A stretch of 64,000 bases of DNA from Eledone cirrhosa (GCA_964016885.1 OZ024757.1:12524001-12588000), one strand, 5' to 3'. Positions 12,420-25,377 are shown, numbered from the stretch's first letter. Notes: generated by a model from the letters alone, not told the origin. Made by a program: numbers and translations.

Positions 12420-12720
12420 TCAGGTGGCAAAAACATTGGCAAAAATTTGTGTCAATTTAAGATTTCCAACATTGTTCAAATGAATCATATCTGGTTTGAG
12501 GTCAGATTTGTCAAAGTTTGACCAATTTTCAATGTTGTGAAGATTGGGCAAGTTCAATTTTTGAATCATTTCTTTCATGGAGTAATTAAACTTTTCCAAA
12601 CGAGAATATCTCTTGCGCAAGTCATTTTTATTTTCAATTACACTTTGTGGACGTGGAATGACACCACTGTAGAAAATGGGTGTACAGTGGTGCTTTTCCG
12701 CTATTTTCTGTAGCCTTGCA
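12420..12720 (-). pseudogene. SGNH/GDSL hydrolase C-terminal fragment (Helentron accessory)
   Basis: ..PIFYSGVIPRP...FNYSMKEM...IENWSNF...KPDMIHLNNVGNLKL: SGxLPR and DxxHLNxxG motifs. Confidence 0.7.
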
Positions 12721-13254
12721 AAGAGACTCTTCCCCTGTTTTTTCCGGTTTTGTGCCTCGAATGGGCACTTTGTCCTTAATTTACAAATAAATGATTAATA
12801 AAAAATACTTGGGCAAAAATTATTGTATTACTTTGCACAGCTTTGTAGTGCCAACGGTGCGACGAGGATTCAGATCATTAGAGCATGTAACTAATCTTAT
12901 AGAGGTTGTTATCGACCACCTGGCTTTTAGTGACATTTGACTGATTTGGCAGACAACAGATACATTGGATAGACCTACTGCATACTTCGGCACTATCCTC
13001 TGACACTGTAGCTTGACAAATGTAACAAATTTCCTGTAGTACTACATATAAATGAAAAATTGCTCATGTTACAAAACAACAGTTACATTGGACAGACCTA
13101 CTGCATACGTCGGCACTGTCCTCTGACACAGTTGCTTGACAAATGAAACAAATTTTTCATATAGTAGTACAGATTTTTATACTCTATATTATTTTAATGT
13201 CTAATAGAGTTCACATGGATGTGTAGGACAGAGCATTCTGGAGTGATATTGGAC

Positions 13255-14105
13255 CTATAGTTTTTTTTTTAAAAGTAAAACAATATTTGGCAATTTAGGT
13301 GGAAATTTTGGGTGCCTTTTGGTTATGCACGTGTCACTAATTTCATCCCATTTGTCACCATCTTTGTGAATTAAACAAGTGTAATGACCTCCTGATGTGG
13401 AACCTAATGTGTGAACAATTGCTGATTGAAGTTGGAAATTGGTATAAAAAAACTGCTGGCGTTTTGAACTGAAATTCAATAAATCACAATGTATTTGAGT
13501 TTCTTGACCACTGGTTATGAGGAATCGGTTGATTGATACTACAAGGTAGTGCATTGTGGGTGGGAAATCTCTCCTGATGGTTGTTTTGTGCTCTGTATTG
13601 GTGGTGCAGGTGTCACATTGTTTTATTATGGTGTCATTTGATACAAGTAAAGTACGAAACTGTTGAGGGCCTTGAATAGGATGCAATGTCAAGTCTGATT
13701 TAATTTCTGGTGTTTTGTGAGTTTCGAGTCCACATCCAGGTCTATGTGTGCAAGTACAAATTTGATCATTCAAACGTGGGCATTCATTTTCATGACTTTT
13801 AGTGCATCTTAGTGTTTCATTCACTTGAAATTGGAATATTTGCTGTGCATTTGGTGGAAAATCTGGGTAGATATTTTTCCAAAAATCATGGGCACATTGT
13901 TGAGCACCATCATTAAATCTCCCCCAATTAATCTTCGCAGAATTGAAACATCCCGATCCCCTTGTGTGACAATATTTGCTATTTCCTGAACAACTGGACT
14001 GAGTAATTTGGTAGACAACAAAGTTTTCCAAAGTTTGGGCAATTGGGCAATAGCTTGAAGTGTAGAATTGGCAAAACAGGCATTTTCCTTATTTTGTAGT
14101 CTAAT
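13255..14105 (-). CDS. Ubiquitin-specific protease (peptidase C19) domain fused to the helicase C-terminus
   Basis: Cys box LQNKENACFANSTLQ (in frame with the helicase), QQCAHDF box, Cys pairs, LVVSINRF, His box IVHTLGSTSGGHYT..WDEISD; one frameshift at the G-run ~13921. Confidence 0.85.
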
Positions 14106-17100
14106 CATGGGAGTGAGCATGGAAAGTGTAGCTAATTTAGGTTTTTTGGTAGGAGGAGCATATTCAGAAGGGTTGTCCACATTCAACATTCGCCATGATC
14201 GTTTTTTTGGCATGCAAGATTCAGAAGCCATGCATGGTGGTTTATTTCTACATGGTCCAAGTGGAGGCAATTTTGTTGTAGAACGCAATTTGTTGTACTC
14301 TTCCCAAGCAGATTTGTCACACATGATCAGGGTTCGTGGGTCAAAATCTATCAAATAGACATTGCAGAGTTTCCTAGCTCGTGAAAGTGCAACATAGGCC
14401 ATTCCATCTGCGAACAACAGAGGACCAAGATCAGCAATGACCCCATCAACACTTATTCCCTGTGATTTATGGATGGTGATGGCATAGGCAAGGCTTAGGG
14501 GGAACTGTTTTCGTGTCACATACACACCAGGAAAGATTTCATAGTCTGCAGTCACCTTTTCTATTGAAATGTCATTGCCTATCATGTGATCAAATTCCAC
14601 AATGATTTGTCCCATTTTCCCATCTTTTCCATTGACCATGCTTTGCACTGTTCCCATGACACCATTACATAGCCCCTTCACCAAATTAATGTTTCGTCTC
14701 AGCATTACTCTGGCCCCAACTCCAACTTGCAATTCAGTCTCAAGTCCAGCAGTGTCTGATGCCTTTTTTGGTTTGGAAAATTTGTTTGACTTTGACTTTT
14801 TTTACGACCTTTCTGGCGCATTCCTGAGTCCTCAGCAATAACTACAACTATACTGATGTTGGCATGCTTAAGCATTTCCTTGTTGAATTCATCTACAGAC
14901 AGGCAAAATACAGACAAATTTTTGACTAGGTAATGTGCAAAGTTGCATTAGTTTCTCAGTTGCTTCTCTCATTGTTGCCCTGCGATCTGGGAATAGGCAA
15001 TGTTCACTCAAAGTATTGATGTCCATGTCTAGGTGATCCTATTCTTATTCGACCCAACATTTCAGAATAGTTTTCACTGTCATTTTTTTGCCGCATGTTT
15101 ATAGTGAGCTCATCATAGTCGAAAAATTTCCACAGTGACTGCCCACTTATTCCCAGACCAGTCCTTTTAGCATCATATGCAGAAATACTGGAAAAGAGTG
15201 TTTTTTCATTTACTGGTGGAAGTTGAAGTAGATTGCCAAAAACCAGAATATTTATTTTTCCAAAAGGGCTGGTCATTTGACTCTGGTCCCCAAAAATCTC
15301 ATCTAGACGCCTATGGATAAATGCCAACATCAGATGACTGACCATACTTATTTCATCGATAATTATCAGACGGACACCCTCTAGAGTGGATCGCAAAATT
15401 TTGAGTTCATCACTTTCTAATTCCCTATATGATGGTGACTGGGAGTTTCAAGAGCCTGTGCAAAGTAGTCCCCTTGATTTGGAAAGCAGCCATACCAGTT
15501 GGTGCACAAATGACTACTGGGGCCCCATTTCTCTTGCAACAAATTTGAGTAACTTTGTCAGAAATTATATCAATGAGAAACTTTTCCCTGTACCTCCTAC
15601 ACGAGAGACAAATTTGAGAAATTGTGGGCAATCATCACATCTGCACCTTGGTAGTGGTTTTTCCGAATTCCAATGCAATTCCTGTTTTTCAATTGCTGAT
15701 AAAATTAGATTGTATATGGATATTTGATCTGTATTAAGCTGTGTTTCTTTTGTCTGTAGAGCAGTTTCATCTACATCTCGAATTTGGGGAACATCAATAC
15801 CAGCCTCATCTCTTGCCTCCTTCTCCCCCTCTTCTCTCCGTCCTTCTCCGACCTCTCCCTCCTTTTCACCCTCCTTCTCCAACCTCTTCCCCATCTCAAC
15901 TGCATCAGTGATTTTTTTCCTCACATTTTGAAAATTCACCATATCAGGCAAATTGTTTGCACACAGATGAAAGGACTCTTCAAATGTTTTGCATCCCCCC
16001 AATAAATCTTTGTCCTCATCGCGCCAGGGTTTGAACAGCATTAGAAGATTGTGGTAATAACGTTCTTTTGTGTCATTTTTGAGCTGTATATTCGGTGCTT
16101 TAACTACCCGCTCTTTTACACTATGAAAATACCCCTTGTCATTGAGCAATTTCATTTTTGTAGCCACATCTTTGTCAACAGGTTTTTTTTGTGTCCTCTC
16201 ATATTTGCTGGCAACTTCATATAAGGAGGAATCTTCCAGGAATTTTGGCCGGTTTTTGTAAAAAGTTTCCACCATGTTCTCGTAGAACAAGTCCATTGAG
16301 TGTTCACTCAGTTCATCGAGATCATTTTGAGATTTCAATCTGCGGCCGCGCCTAATGGGAATGTCTGCACCTACCCAAATAACATGATCTGATGACCCGT
16401 AAAAATGATGCCCCAAAAGTTTGTCAGCAGCTTCATACCCTCCTGTATCCCTTTTCCCAAGCAATTGCAGTCCAGCACTTTTGTATTTCCCATATTTTGT
16501 TTTGGAATGATCCAGATTCGCCCACACTCCCTCAGCCTCATTTTTTTCAGCCTTAGTCTGATAGCAGGTGACATATCTATTCAAAATCATACTATTCTCA
16601 CCAATGTATTGCACATCTATATTTGCTTGCCAGGCTAGAAGTAAACATGGATTGTAGTCATTTATGTACTTTTCTGATTCTTTTCTTTCCAATTGGTACA
16701 GTTTTTTTGTCCCATTACCATTTTTTCGTGATTTGATACTTTCAGAAACTGAGAAAAACCGAAATGGCCCCACTGCACGTGCAAAACCAAAACGGCATTT
16801 TTTACGAAAATGTTTCCTTCTCCTCACTATTCTCCAGCATGCTTTGCCACAAGTATGGACTATGAACCGTCTAACGAGATTTACCAAGTTTGGGCTGGCC
16901 ACAGGGGATGGTAGCCGGCAAGTAATGCAGCGTTCAATAAATTGCTTGATTTTTTCTTTAGGATCTTTGTCAAAGATTACACTGTCCCGAACCCAGGCTT
17001 TAAGGTGAATGTGAGGGGCACCACGTTGTTGATACTCGAGTCGCCAAAAGTAATGAATAATTTCCCCAAATGGGCCTTTTTTATTTAAAATTACATCATG

Positions 17101-18974
17101 AAAAACAGCACTAAAACGATGGTGAAAGTACTCACTGACAGCCACAACATCATTTGCACAGAGATTCCCTATCAGCCTTGTTTCAACATTTGCAATGTCT
17201 TTATTGAGTTTTTCCAAAAATTCCCTCAAGCCTGGCCAAAAGTATTCAGCACATGAAAGAGTGATAAACAAATGGGCAGGACCGAATTTCTCATCTATGG
17301 CATTCAAGTCGGAGCACTTGTGTTCCCAAAATGGCTTTGTTCCACGAACATTCGCCATCATCATTGACAAACCACTTCCCAATTGTTCATCGTTGTCTTC
17401 CAATCTTTTATAAAATTGAGCAAGTGTCAATTTTGGACTTTTGAGTGATTTCATTACGGCATAAATGCCAGAATCTAGTGCTCTTTTGTCAGTCTTGTCC
17501 AAATTGTAGAGAATGTACTGACTGTCTCTACGAAACCGGGGGTCCTCATGTCTGAGTCTGTTTCTGATGAACATGTAGGACTTTACTCTAACATGGGGTC
17601 TGTTCATGTGCATCATTCCAAATTTTCCTTTAGGGAATAAGTGGGGGAAGCACATCAGATCCAGGTTTGGATCATTGTCCGGAAGAAGAGTACCTTCAAC
17701 TCGTTTCATGCGAAACAGTTCAAGGTCCTTTTGATTTGGGAGTGCAGGCTTGATTTTCTGTACAGTATGGTGTTCATAGACTGTTTCAGCATCAGTTTGT
17801 GTGAGAATGTGTGGAAAATTGATGGAAACATTTTCACCAGTGCATGTAACAATGTCCTCTAAATTTGTGGTTCTGTCTATCAAAATGTCATTGTTGTTTT
17901 TCAGCCACTCCAAGGCATCAAAGACATTTTGCATATTCACTAGCGATCGCCAAATTGTGCCCTTTTAGTTGGAACACTATCAACAATTATTTCAAATGCA
18001 TCATTTTTATTCGATGGAAGTTTTTTCATTACATGATTGATTGTGTTTTCTACTGGTAGTGGCATGTGAGTTGCTATTCCTTTAATAGCAGCTACTAGAT
18101 GTGATGGTGCACCTTTGAAACGATAGGGTGACAATTTAATGACATTGATGAAGCAATTGGCCATTTGGATCAAAATCTGCTCATACATGTTCAACATTTG
18201 GAATTTTGACCACTTCTAGGCCATTGATTGAAGCCAATGATGGTATCGACTTTTTGACAAGACTATTTCTACATGTAGAGCAAATCGTACATGGTAGAGA
18301 GTAGTTTTGTTGAATGGTTTCCAGGAGATAGGGATTTGTCAAAGGGCTCCAATCCTCCCAGACTTTGAGTTTAGCATCTAATTCTCGTTGTTTGCAAATG
18401 TCACAGGAGTTGATTTTCCTTTTTTGAATCTCTTTATTAAAATGTTTGATAATGGATGCAAAATTGGCCATGATTGAGGATTCTGAATGCAAGCTCTCAT
18501 TTTCATTTTCCACTATCTCATTCAAACGGCTTAGCAGATTGTTGGACATGTTTTTTGGGATTTACTAGATCATCAAACATTGACCAATTTCCTTCCAAGA
18601 TTGAAATGTCATAGGAGTCTAGCCAGACACAGACTGATCTCACTTTGTACACACATCTCAGAATTGTACGGATGCGAGGAGAGTGAGGAGCCATACTTCG
18701 AATCAGTTCAAGTCCATTTGTGCAGTCAGACTGTCCTATGTAATAGATGTTGTCCCTATGGAATCCTTTACACTGCTCAAAGTTTTCCATTTTTTTCCGA
18801 ATTTGGGACACAGTCAAATCAGGTGAAAGTTCATGTATGGCCTTGTGCATTCGTTTAGCTAGCTTTAGACGTGCAGTGGGATCTGGGCAATTTGATGGGG
18901 GACCAAATTTGCACAATCTAGCCAAAGTCAGAAGTTCTGTACATTTTCTGCCATCAAAATCTTCCTGGTCACTT

Positions 18975-19365
18975 TGCTCACCCCCTCTTTTTGTGCACCT
19001 GTCTCAGTTTGCTCACCTCCATCAGTTGGCTCATCTACCCCTGTTTGTGGACATTAACTTCGCTCACCTCCATCAGTTGGCTCATCTACCCCTCTTTGTG
19101 GACATTTCTCACTTGGCTCATCCCCCCCTCTTTGTGCACCTCCCTCACTTGGCTCATCTCCCCCTCTTTGCTTGCCTTCCTCACTTGGCTCATCCCCCTC
19201 TTTGTGCACATTTCTCACCTCCCTCTCCTTGTGCACCTCCCTCACTTGGCTCATCTCCCCCTCTTTGTCCACCTTTCTCACTTGGCTCATCCCCCCCTCT
19301 TTGTGCACCTTTCTCACTTTGCTCACCTCCCTCTCCTTGTGCACCTCCCTCACTTGGCTCATCAC
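18975..19365. repeat. Coding minisatellite (EPSEGGAQRGGD-like units) inside the Helentron ORF
   Basis: Recurring cacttggctcatc(t/c)cccctctttgtgcacc units. Confidence 0.9.
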
Positions 19366-20233
19366 CATCTTTACACCTGCACTCATTTGTTGGACAGTCA
19401 TCAGTCAGAAAATTGTGGTTTTCAAGTTCTGTTAGACGAAAATAATCAACTGTACTTTTTGGGAATAGAAAGTGTTCATTTGTGAAAGTATGGTAAAATA
19501 TTTCCCCCCAGTATGCAGTCAACCCCTCCTTCTTAGCTAATTTGATGTGTGCATAAACTGAAGCCATTGTTTTTTTCAATTCATTAAACATGAAATTTCG
19601 AATTCCCTGTGCTGCTCTGTAGATTTTGGAAACTTTTTCAAGGCCCTGCTTGAATTTCTTCCTATACTGTGTCCGATTTTTTGGTTTTTCTTTTTTCGAA
19701 GCCAAATATGATTTTGTGAATTTGTGTAACATGATTTCCCTTTGCATGCGAATGTCTTTAAATCGTTGAATTCGTTTTTTTCTGTACAAAAATTTGTGTT
19801 TTTGTTGTATCAACCGTGCATTTGTAAAATAATAATGTAAAAAATATATGGCATCTTTTTCTTTTCCTTCTTCTCCTGTTCTCAATCTGTGTGCTTTTTG
19901 ATACAATGCCTGTTGACGTTTGCCCTCATCGCCTGCTCTCACTCTGTGCTCTTTTTGATTCAATGCATGCTGATTTTTGCCCTCATCACCTGCCCTCAGT
20001 CTGCGCACTTTTTGATACGATGCCTCCTGACTTTTGCCCTCATCGCCTCTTCTCAGTCTATATGCTTTTTGCCATGCCTTACTTTTAAATTTTGCTTCGT
20101 CTGACTGTCTTTTTTCTCTTATTTCTGCAGCTTTCCGTTGTCTGTACTCCCTATTCCTAATTGCAGTTTTTCTCCGTTTTTCATTCTGTTTATCAATGTT
20201 TTGATCTTTGTCAGTCTCATTGAATTCAAATTC

Positions 20234-20300
20234 AGGTCCAGGATTTAATTCGACACAACCGATTATGAGCAATAAGATTAACGCGCGCGTTCTATATTTC
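20234..20300 (-). other. 2A-like (StopGo) ribosome-skipping motif
   Basis: RTRALILLLIIGCVELNPG|P; matches (D/C)(V/I)ExNPGP with a hydrophobic leader. Confidence 0.7.
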
Positions 20301-21386
20301 TGATTGGAAATAGGATAATTTCGTTTTTTGGATTTGTAAAAACTGGCATGAATGTGAATTTGATCAGTCCAATTGCCCGATTTTAGTGAAAGGTATTGAT
20401 TCGAAATGGAAATACTCCATGGAAATACTCCATTTCTGGAAAAACTGAATAAGCCGAGCAAAATTCTATATCCAGAGAAATTCTTTTTTTTTTTGTTTTT
20501 ATCAAACTATGCTCGCAATAATAATTTTCAATCCAAAAGAGAAATTTTTTGTTAGACGTCGAAAAAACTCTTTCTTTTGTGTAGCATTTTTGTGTTCGTC
20601 TGTATGCGTGAGTTACTTGTGTTACCATGAAAGTTATAACAGAAATATTGTGTAAGTCGCGTGCTTCAACAAATGGAATATTATGAATTTTATGGACTTA
20701 CGCTAAGCGAGTCTAGAAACCCGATTCGAATATTCCAAATGTTAAGCCACTCCACATTTCCGTTAAAACGACTGGCGAATTCAAATAGGCTGCGTTTTCA
20801 TACATAATCGTCGAGGGTCACAAATTTGGTGTAGATATATTGTCACCAATTTGGTTTAGGTATAAATTCGAATTTAGCGGAGAAGAATATTTAGAGAGTT
20901 GTTGTGTTGTTGCCACGAGGAACCAGGTTTGGTAGAAAGATACGATAGGAATATCGACAACGAATTTTAGCATGTTTTTACATTATTTATTAATAAAGGT
21001 TAAGAAGTGAATTAAGCTGGCATGCCAAGAATAATGAAATAATTCAATTAAGATTACAAGAGAAAATACGGGCGACTGGCTGAAGGCGTTTGGTCAGGCT
21101 CGTAGGTAATGTTTTGTTGTTACATATTGTTTGTGCTTACGGAGCAAAAGAACAAGTGTTGTTTACCTTAACACGGTCTAGCCTGGAAGTGATAGCGTCC
21201 TCAAATCTTTGCGGGCTATTTCTCCCTCCGAACGCGTAGGGATACATCCTCTTCTACTGGCGCTGATTGGCTGAGCTGAGCCAAATCACGCACAGAATGT
21301 ATGTGAGCCCGCGGAATGTAGGTCACTACACCTGGTATATGAAGAGCAACCGATACGATCGGTCTTGAAGAAGAATGAAGAATGAA

Positions 21387-22009
21387 ACCTTATCATCTGT
21401 GATAAAATGCCCATTGAATCACTGAAAATCGGATGCATGGAATTAATCATAAAATGCACCTATGAATCGGAAGCCATCACATATATCAATGGATATAGGG
21501 AGTTGTTCACACTGGAAGACCATCACTTCATTTGTGACTTCATCAGTTATCTCCACGATCATCTCAGACACCCAATGCCATTGATGAGAGGTGATCCAAT
21601 GTAACTAATCTTATAGAAGTTATCGACCACCTGGCTTTTAGTGACATTTGACTGATTTGACTGATAATGATGTATTTTTAAAAAGTATGTGTACATTCTT
21701 GTTACTATTTTAAGGCAATGCAAGCAACAACTATTTAATAAAATTTAAATTTAAAAATGACCATTGTGCATTACTAGAATGATGACATTTTATTAAGTCA
21801 CAAAATTATTCAGTCAGCCATAGAACAAGGATCAGGTGGCAAAAACATTGGCAAAAATTTGTGTCAATTTAAGATTTCCAACATTGTTCAAATGAATCTG
21901 GTTTGAAGTCAGATTTGTCAAATTTTGACCAATTTTCAATGCTGTGAAGATTGGGCAAGTTCAATTTTTGAATCATTTCTTTCATGCAGTAATTAAACTT
22001 TTCCAAACG
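21387..22009 (+). repeat. Direct duplicate of 11962-12602 (cargo ORF and SGNH tail)
   Basis: Near-identical ~620 bp with small deletions. Confidence 0.95.
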
Positions 22010-22370
22010 TCGTCATTTCTGGATTACCTCCCCTAGCGTCACGCTTACTACTCACTCACTTGAACACAAGATTTATCAGCAAACTTTGATTATAAATTTT
22101 TTCCTGCTGGACCAAATTTCTAGATTTTTAAGCCGAAAGATGCGTAATGATCTACTGTTCATGCTCATATAAGTTTTATCTCAATTAAATAAAGTAGAGC
22201 CGCGCTGTACTGTCGTAAACAGACGATTGTCAACGAAAACACGACCACAACAATATTACTAAACGGACGGTAGTCCGTTTAGGATATATATTTTTAAAAA
22301 AATACGACTCCAGTTGCATTTTTGATTTCATCTTTTTTTCTTTATATAAATATATATATATATATATATA

Positions 22371-22548
22371 CGAAAATGTTTGACCCCGACGGCAGAGCTC
22401 AAGCCGTTTCGACGGCTATTTCTGGAAATAGTCCAGAAATAGCCATCGAAACCGCTTGAGCTCTGCCGTCGGGGTCAACATCTTCCTATTACCCACTCTA
22501 CTACCCTAAGTATTGAGTACTCTGGTGCGTTATGGTCCATATGGGTCC
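22371..22548 (+). mobile_element. Short palindromic element (family also at 32947-33140 and 59101-59295)
   Basis: gaccccgacg..gtttcgacggcta..tagcc.tcgaaac..cgtcggggtc hairpin plus a shared tail cctattacccactctactaccctaagtattgagtact. Confidence 0.8.
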
Positions 22549-24958
22549 TTTAGACATCTCCGTCGCCTTCAACCCCTCCCACCACTCCCTCGTCACCTCC
22601 GCCTTCTTCAAACCCACCGACTCCCACTCCTACCTCGACTTCACCTCTTCCCACCCCACACACACTAAACACTCTATTCCCAACTCCTCAGGATCCGCCG
22701 CCTCTGTAGCCGAGATCTGACTTTCAGTCCCAGGCCCTTTCCCTAGTCAGCCATTTCATCAGCAGAGGTTTCCCCCCCCCCCCTCTCGTCCACACCGCTC
22801 TCACCCGCGGCCGTACTGTCCACCGCTCCACCACCCTCACCCCACGCCACCACACACCCACCCACCGTCTCCCCTTCCCCATCACCTACCACCCCTCCAC
22901 CATACCCCTCCACCGCACCATCCTCCGCCTCTTCCGACGCCTCCAGTCCGACCCCTCCACCTCCCACATCTTCCCAGTCCCACCACTCCCCTCCTTCAAA
23001 CGCGCACGCAATCCCTGCACCCTCCTCATCCACAGCTCCCTACCGCCCAACCCACGCTCCCCTTTCCCCCCGGTTCCCTTCTCTGTTCCAGGCCCCGCTG
23101 CAACACCTGTCCCCACATTACCAACACCACCACCTTCCAGGGTCCCAACGGCCAGTCTCTCTCTGCCCGGCATGCTTTCCGCTGCACCTCCTCCAACCTA
23201 GTCTACGGACTTCGCTGCACGGAGTGCAGCGCGACTTACGTCGGACAGACTGGACGTCGCCTGGCGGACAGGTTTACTGAACACCTCCGAGATATTCGTC
23301 TCGGTGGTAGTTCCCCCATCGCCCGCCACTTTGGTGCCCCTAGACATTCCGCACACCACCTCACAGTATGTGGCCTACTCCAATGCCACGGAACACCCGC
23401 CACTCTCCTCAGGGTCGAACAACGAACCATCTTCACCCTACAGACCCACACTCCCCCCGGCCTGAACTCCCCACCCTTATTCCTTTAGCCTTTGACCGCC
23501 CCCCTCCCCCCACACCCTACCACCCTTCCCCAACTAACATAGTAACATCCCTCCCTTCTTCTCACCCCCCCCTCCTTATCACACGCACACACCCACCGGT
23601 ACATATATACACGCGCTCACACTAAACACACACCCTACTACCACCACTAACCCTCACCCCGACACATCCACCCCACCACCCCGCAACTAACATCACTAAC
23701 ACCCCCCGACCCCAAGCACACGAACACACACACCCTCTTACACCACCCACTCTACACACCCTACCACCACTGACCCCCACTCACACCCGCATTCAACCCT
23801 TTCTCCACCTTCAGTATACTAAAACCCACTAACACCCCTCCACCACACACACACTCATCCAAACACGCACACACACACCAGTACACTACACTCCCTCCAT
23901 CGGCCCCCACACCCTTCCCTCCCCGCTCCACCCACACCCTTTCTCAAACACACACACATCCCACTAACACCTCTACTAATACACACACACCCCCTCCTCA
24001 CTGCAACTTTCACACCTACCCATCCTCTCCCCTGTCCACCGCACCTCCGCACACACTGACACACCGACTTTCTTCACTTACCATTCTACCCTACTGCTGC
24101 TATGCCCTTATCTCTGACCACCTCCCCGCACACACAGACACACAACCCTCCTCCTGCCTTGACCCTCTGACCACTTCCAGTTCCGCGCGCACCCCACATC
24201 TCCCCTCTTCTGACCAATCTCTTCACGGATTAAACATATGTGAACCTAGAATCCACCACATCCAAGGATATTACTCAGCATTCCACCACATCGTCTACGG
24301 AATTACCTTAAGGACTCACCCACTGACATACACCCCAAAAAATGTTTTTCCCCACACGCCACCTACATCCCAACACGCATAAACTCCACACACACATGTG
24401 CGTACCACCACATATTTACACATTCAGCCTCCGGAATCCTCTCCCCCCACCCCTCTATCCACACACGCACACACACTCCGACCTACACCCCACCCCACCC
24501 CACACACCTCTTCCTGAACATGCAACCCCGTTCTTCCTCCAACTCTTAATTTCACATACACACACACACACACGTACACCTACACACACACACCACCTTC
24601 AGCCCTCCCCGCTCGGACACCCCACCTCCCTCTCCCCACTCCACCCGCCACCACCCCTACACGCCCCACATCCTTCCACCACCTGTTTTACTTCATGTGT
24701 ATTTTTATTTTTATCATGCTTTTATATTTAATTTCATTTGTACCGTTTCCTCTCACCCCCTTTTTTCTATATGTCTCTCCACGACTACCCTACACACCCT
24801 TGGAAATCTCTTCCCACACACTTTTCACCTGAAAAGGGGCTTATGCCTGAAACGTCGTTCCCCACCACCACCCCACTCTCAAGAGTGTGAAACTAATAAA
24901 CCTTTGTTCGTACTGCCTCTCTGTTTTGTTCCCGTTCAATTGTTTACTATATATACGG
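22549..24958 (+). mobile_element. 5'-truncated Penelope-like element (Neptune-like), decayed RT thumb + GIY-YIG + pLTR
   Basis: LDISV..FFKPTDSHSYLDFTSSHP; FRCTSSNLVYGLRCTECSATYVGQTGRRLADRFTEH..PIARHF; pLTR with CTGAAAAggggcttatgcctGAAAcgtc at ~24829. Confidence 0.88.
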
Positions 24959-24959
24959 G

Positions 24960-25343
24960 ATAACAGATTATTGTTAAAGGTAGTACAGTTAAGGTACTCC
25001 GAGTAGTGGATGATGTCAACGCTTGGCTAAGTTTGACTCAACAAGGCGTTTCCATAGTGATGCTGCGAGTACGCGGTAATTTCTATGTTGTTAACACTTG
25101 GAGTAATTTCTAAATCAGGAAAGAAGAGTGACACGGTTTGCTATACAAAAAAGGTTTTTAATCTCATTGCTGACAATTGCTAGCTCTGATGAATTGACTG
25201 GTTATAACTATGTATTGGTGATCGAATGACGCGAAAACAGGCGGGTAGCGATTTCTAGACCTACCAGTTCAGAGAAACAATTGTCAGCTATGAGATTAAA
25301 AACCTTTTTTGTATAGCAAACCGTGTCACTCTTCTTTCCTCTT

Positions 25344-25377
<34 letters not shown>

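Larger units (their letters stand above)
13255..20461 (-). pseudogene. Frameshifted Helentron RepHel polyprotein: 2A-like motif, repeats, DUF6570-like, HUH Rep, PIF1 helicase, C-terminal USP
   Basis: Rep LFITLSCAE, WRLEYQQRGAPHIH, YVTCYQTKAE; helicase GGTGKS, APTGMAA..GTTLH, IIDEISMV, LLQLPPV, ELTINMRQ, GARVMLRRN, QFPLSLAYAITIHKSQG, AYVALSR. Split over ~9 ORFs by frameshifts. Confidence 0.92.
11607..22286 (-). mobile_element. Helentron / Helitron2-type rolling-circle transposon (decayed)
   Basis: DUF6570-like region, Rep and PIF1 motifs; terminal palindrome CTAAACGGAC-ggta-GTCCGTTTAG at 22259-22282. Boundaries inferred from interruption of a repeat whose intact inverted copy lies at 10404-10745. 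Confidence 0.8.

Noticed and set aside
13821-17940. Host PIF1 helicase or host USP gene
   Set aside because: Intronless, frameshifted and contiguous with the HUH Rep and DUF6570-like domains; transposon-encoded.
24825-24862. Neptune-like pLTR motif as an active hammerhead
   Set aside because: Core and stem II are present but the flanks cannot form stem I in any of the three copies; kept only as a pLTR marker.
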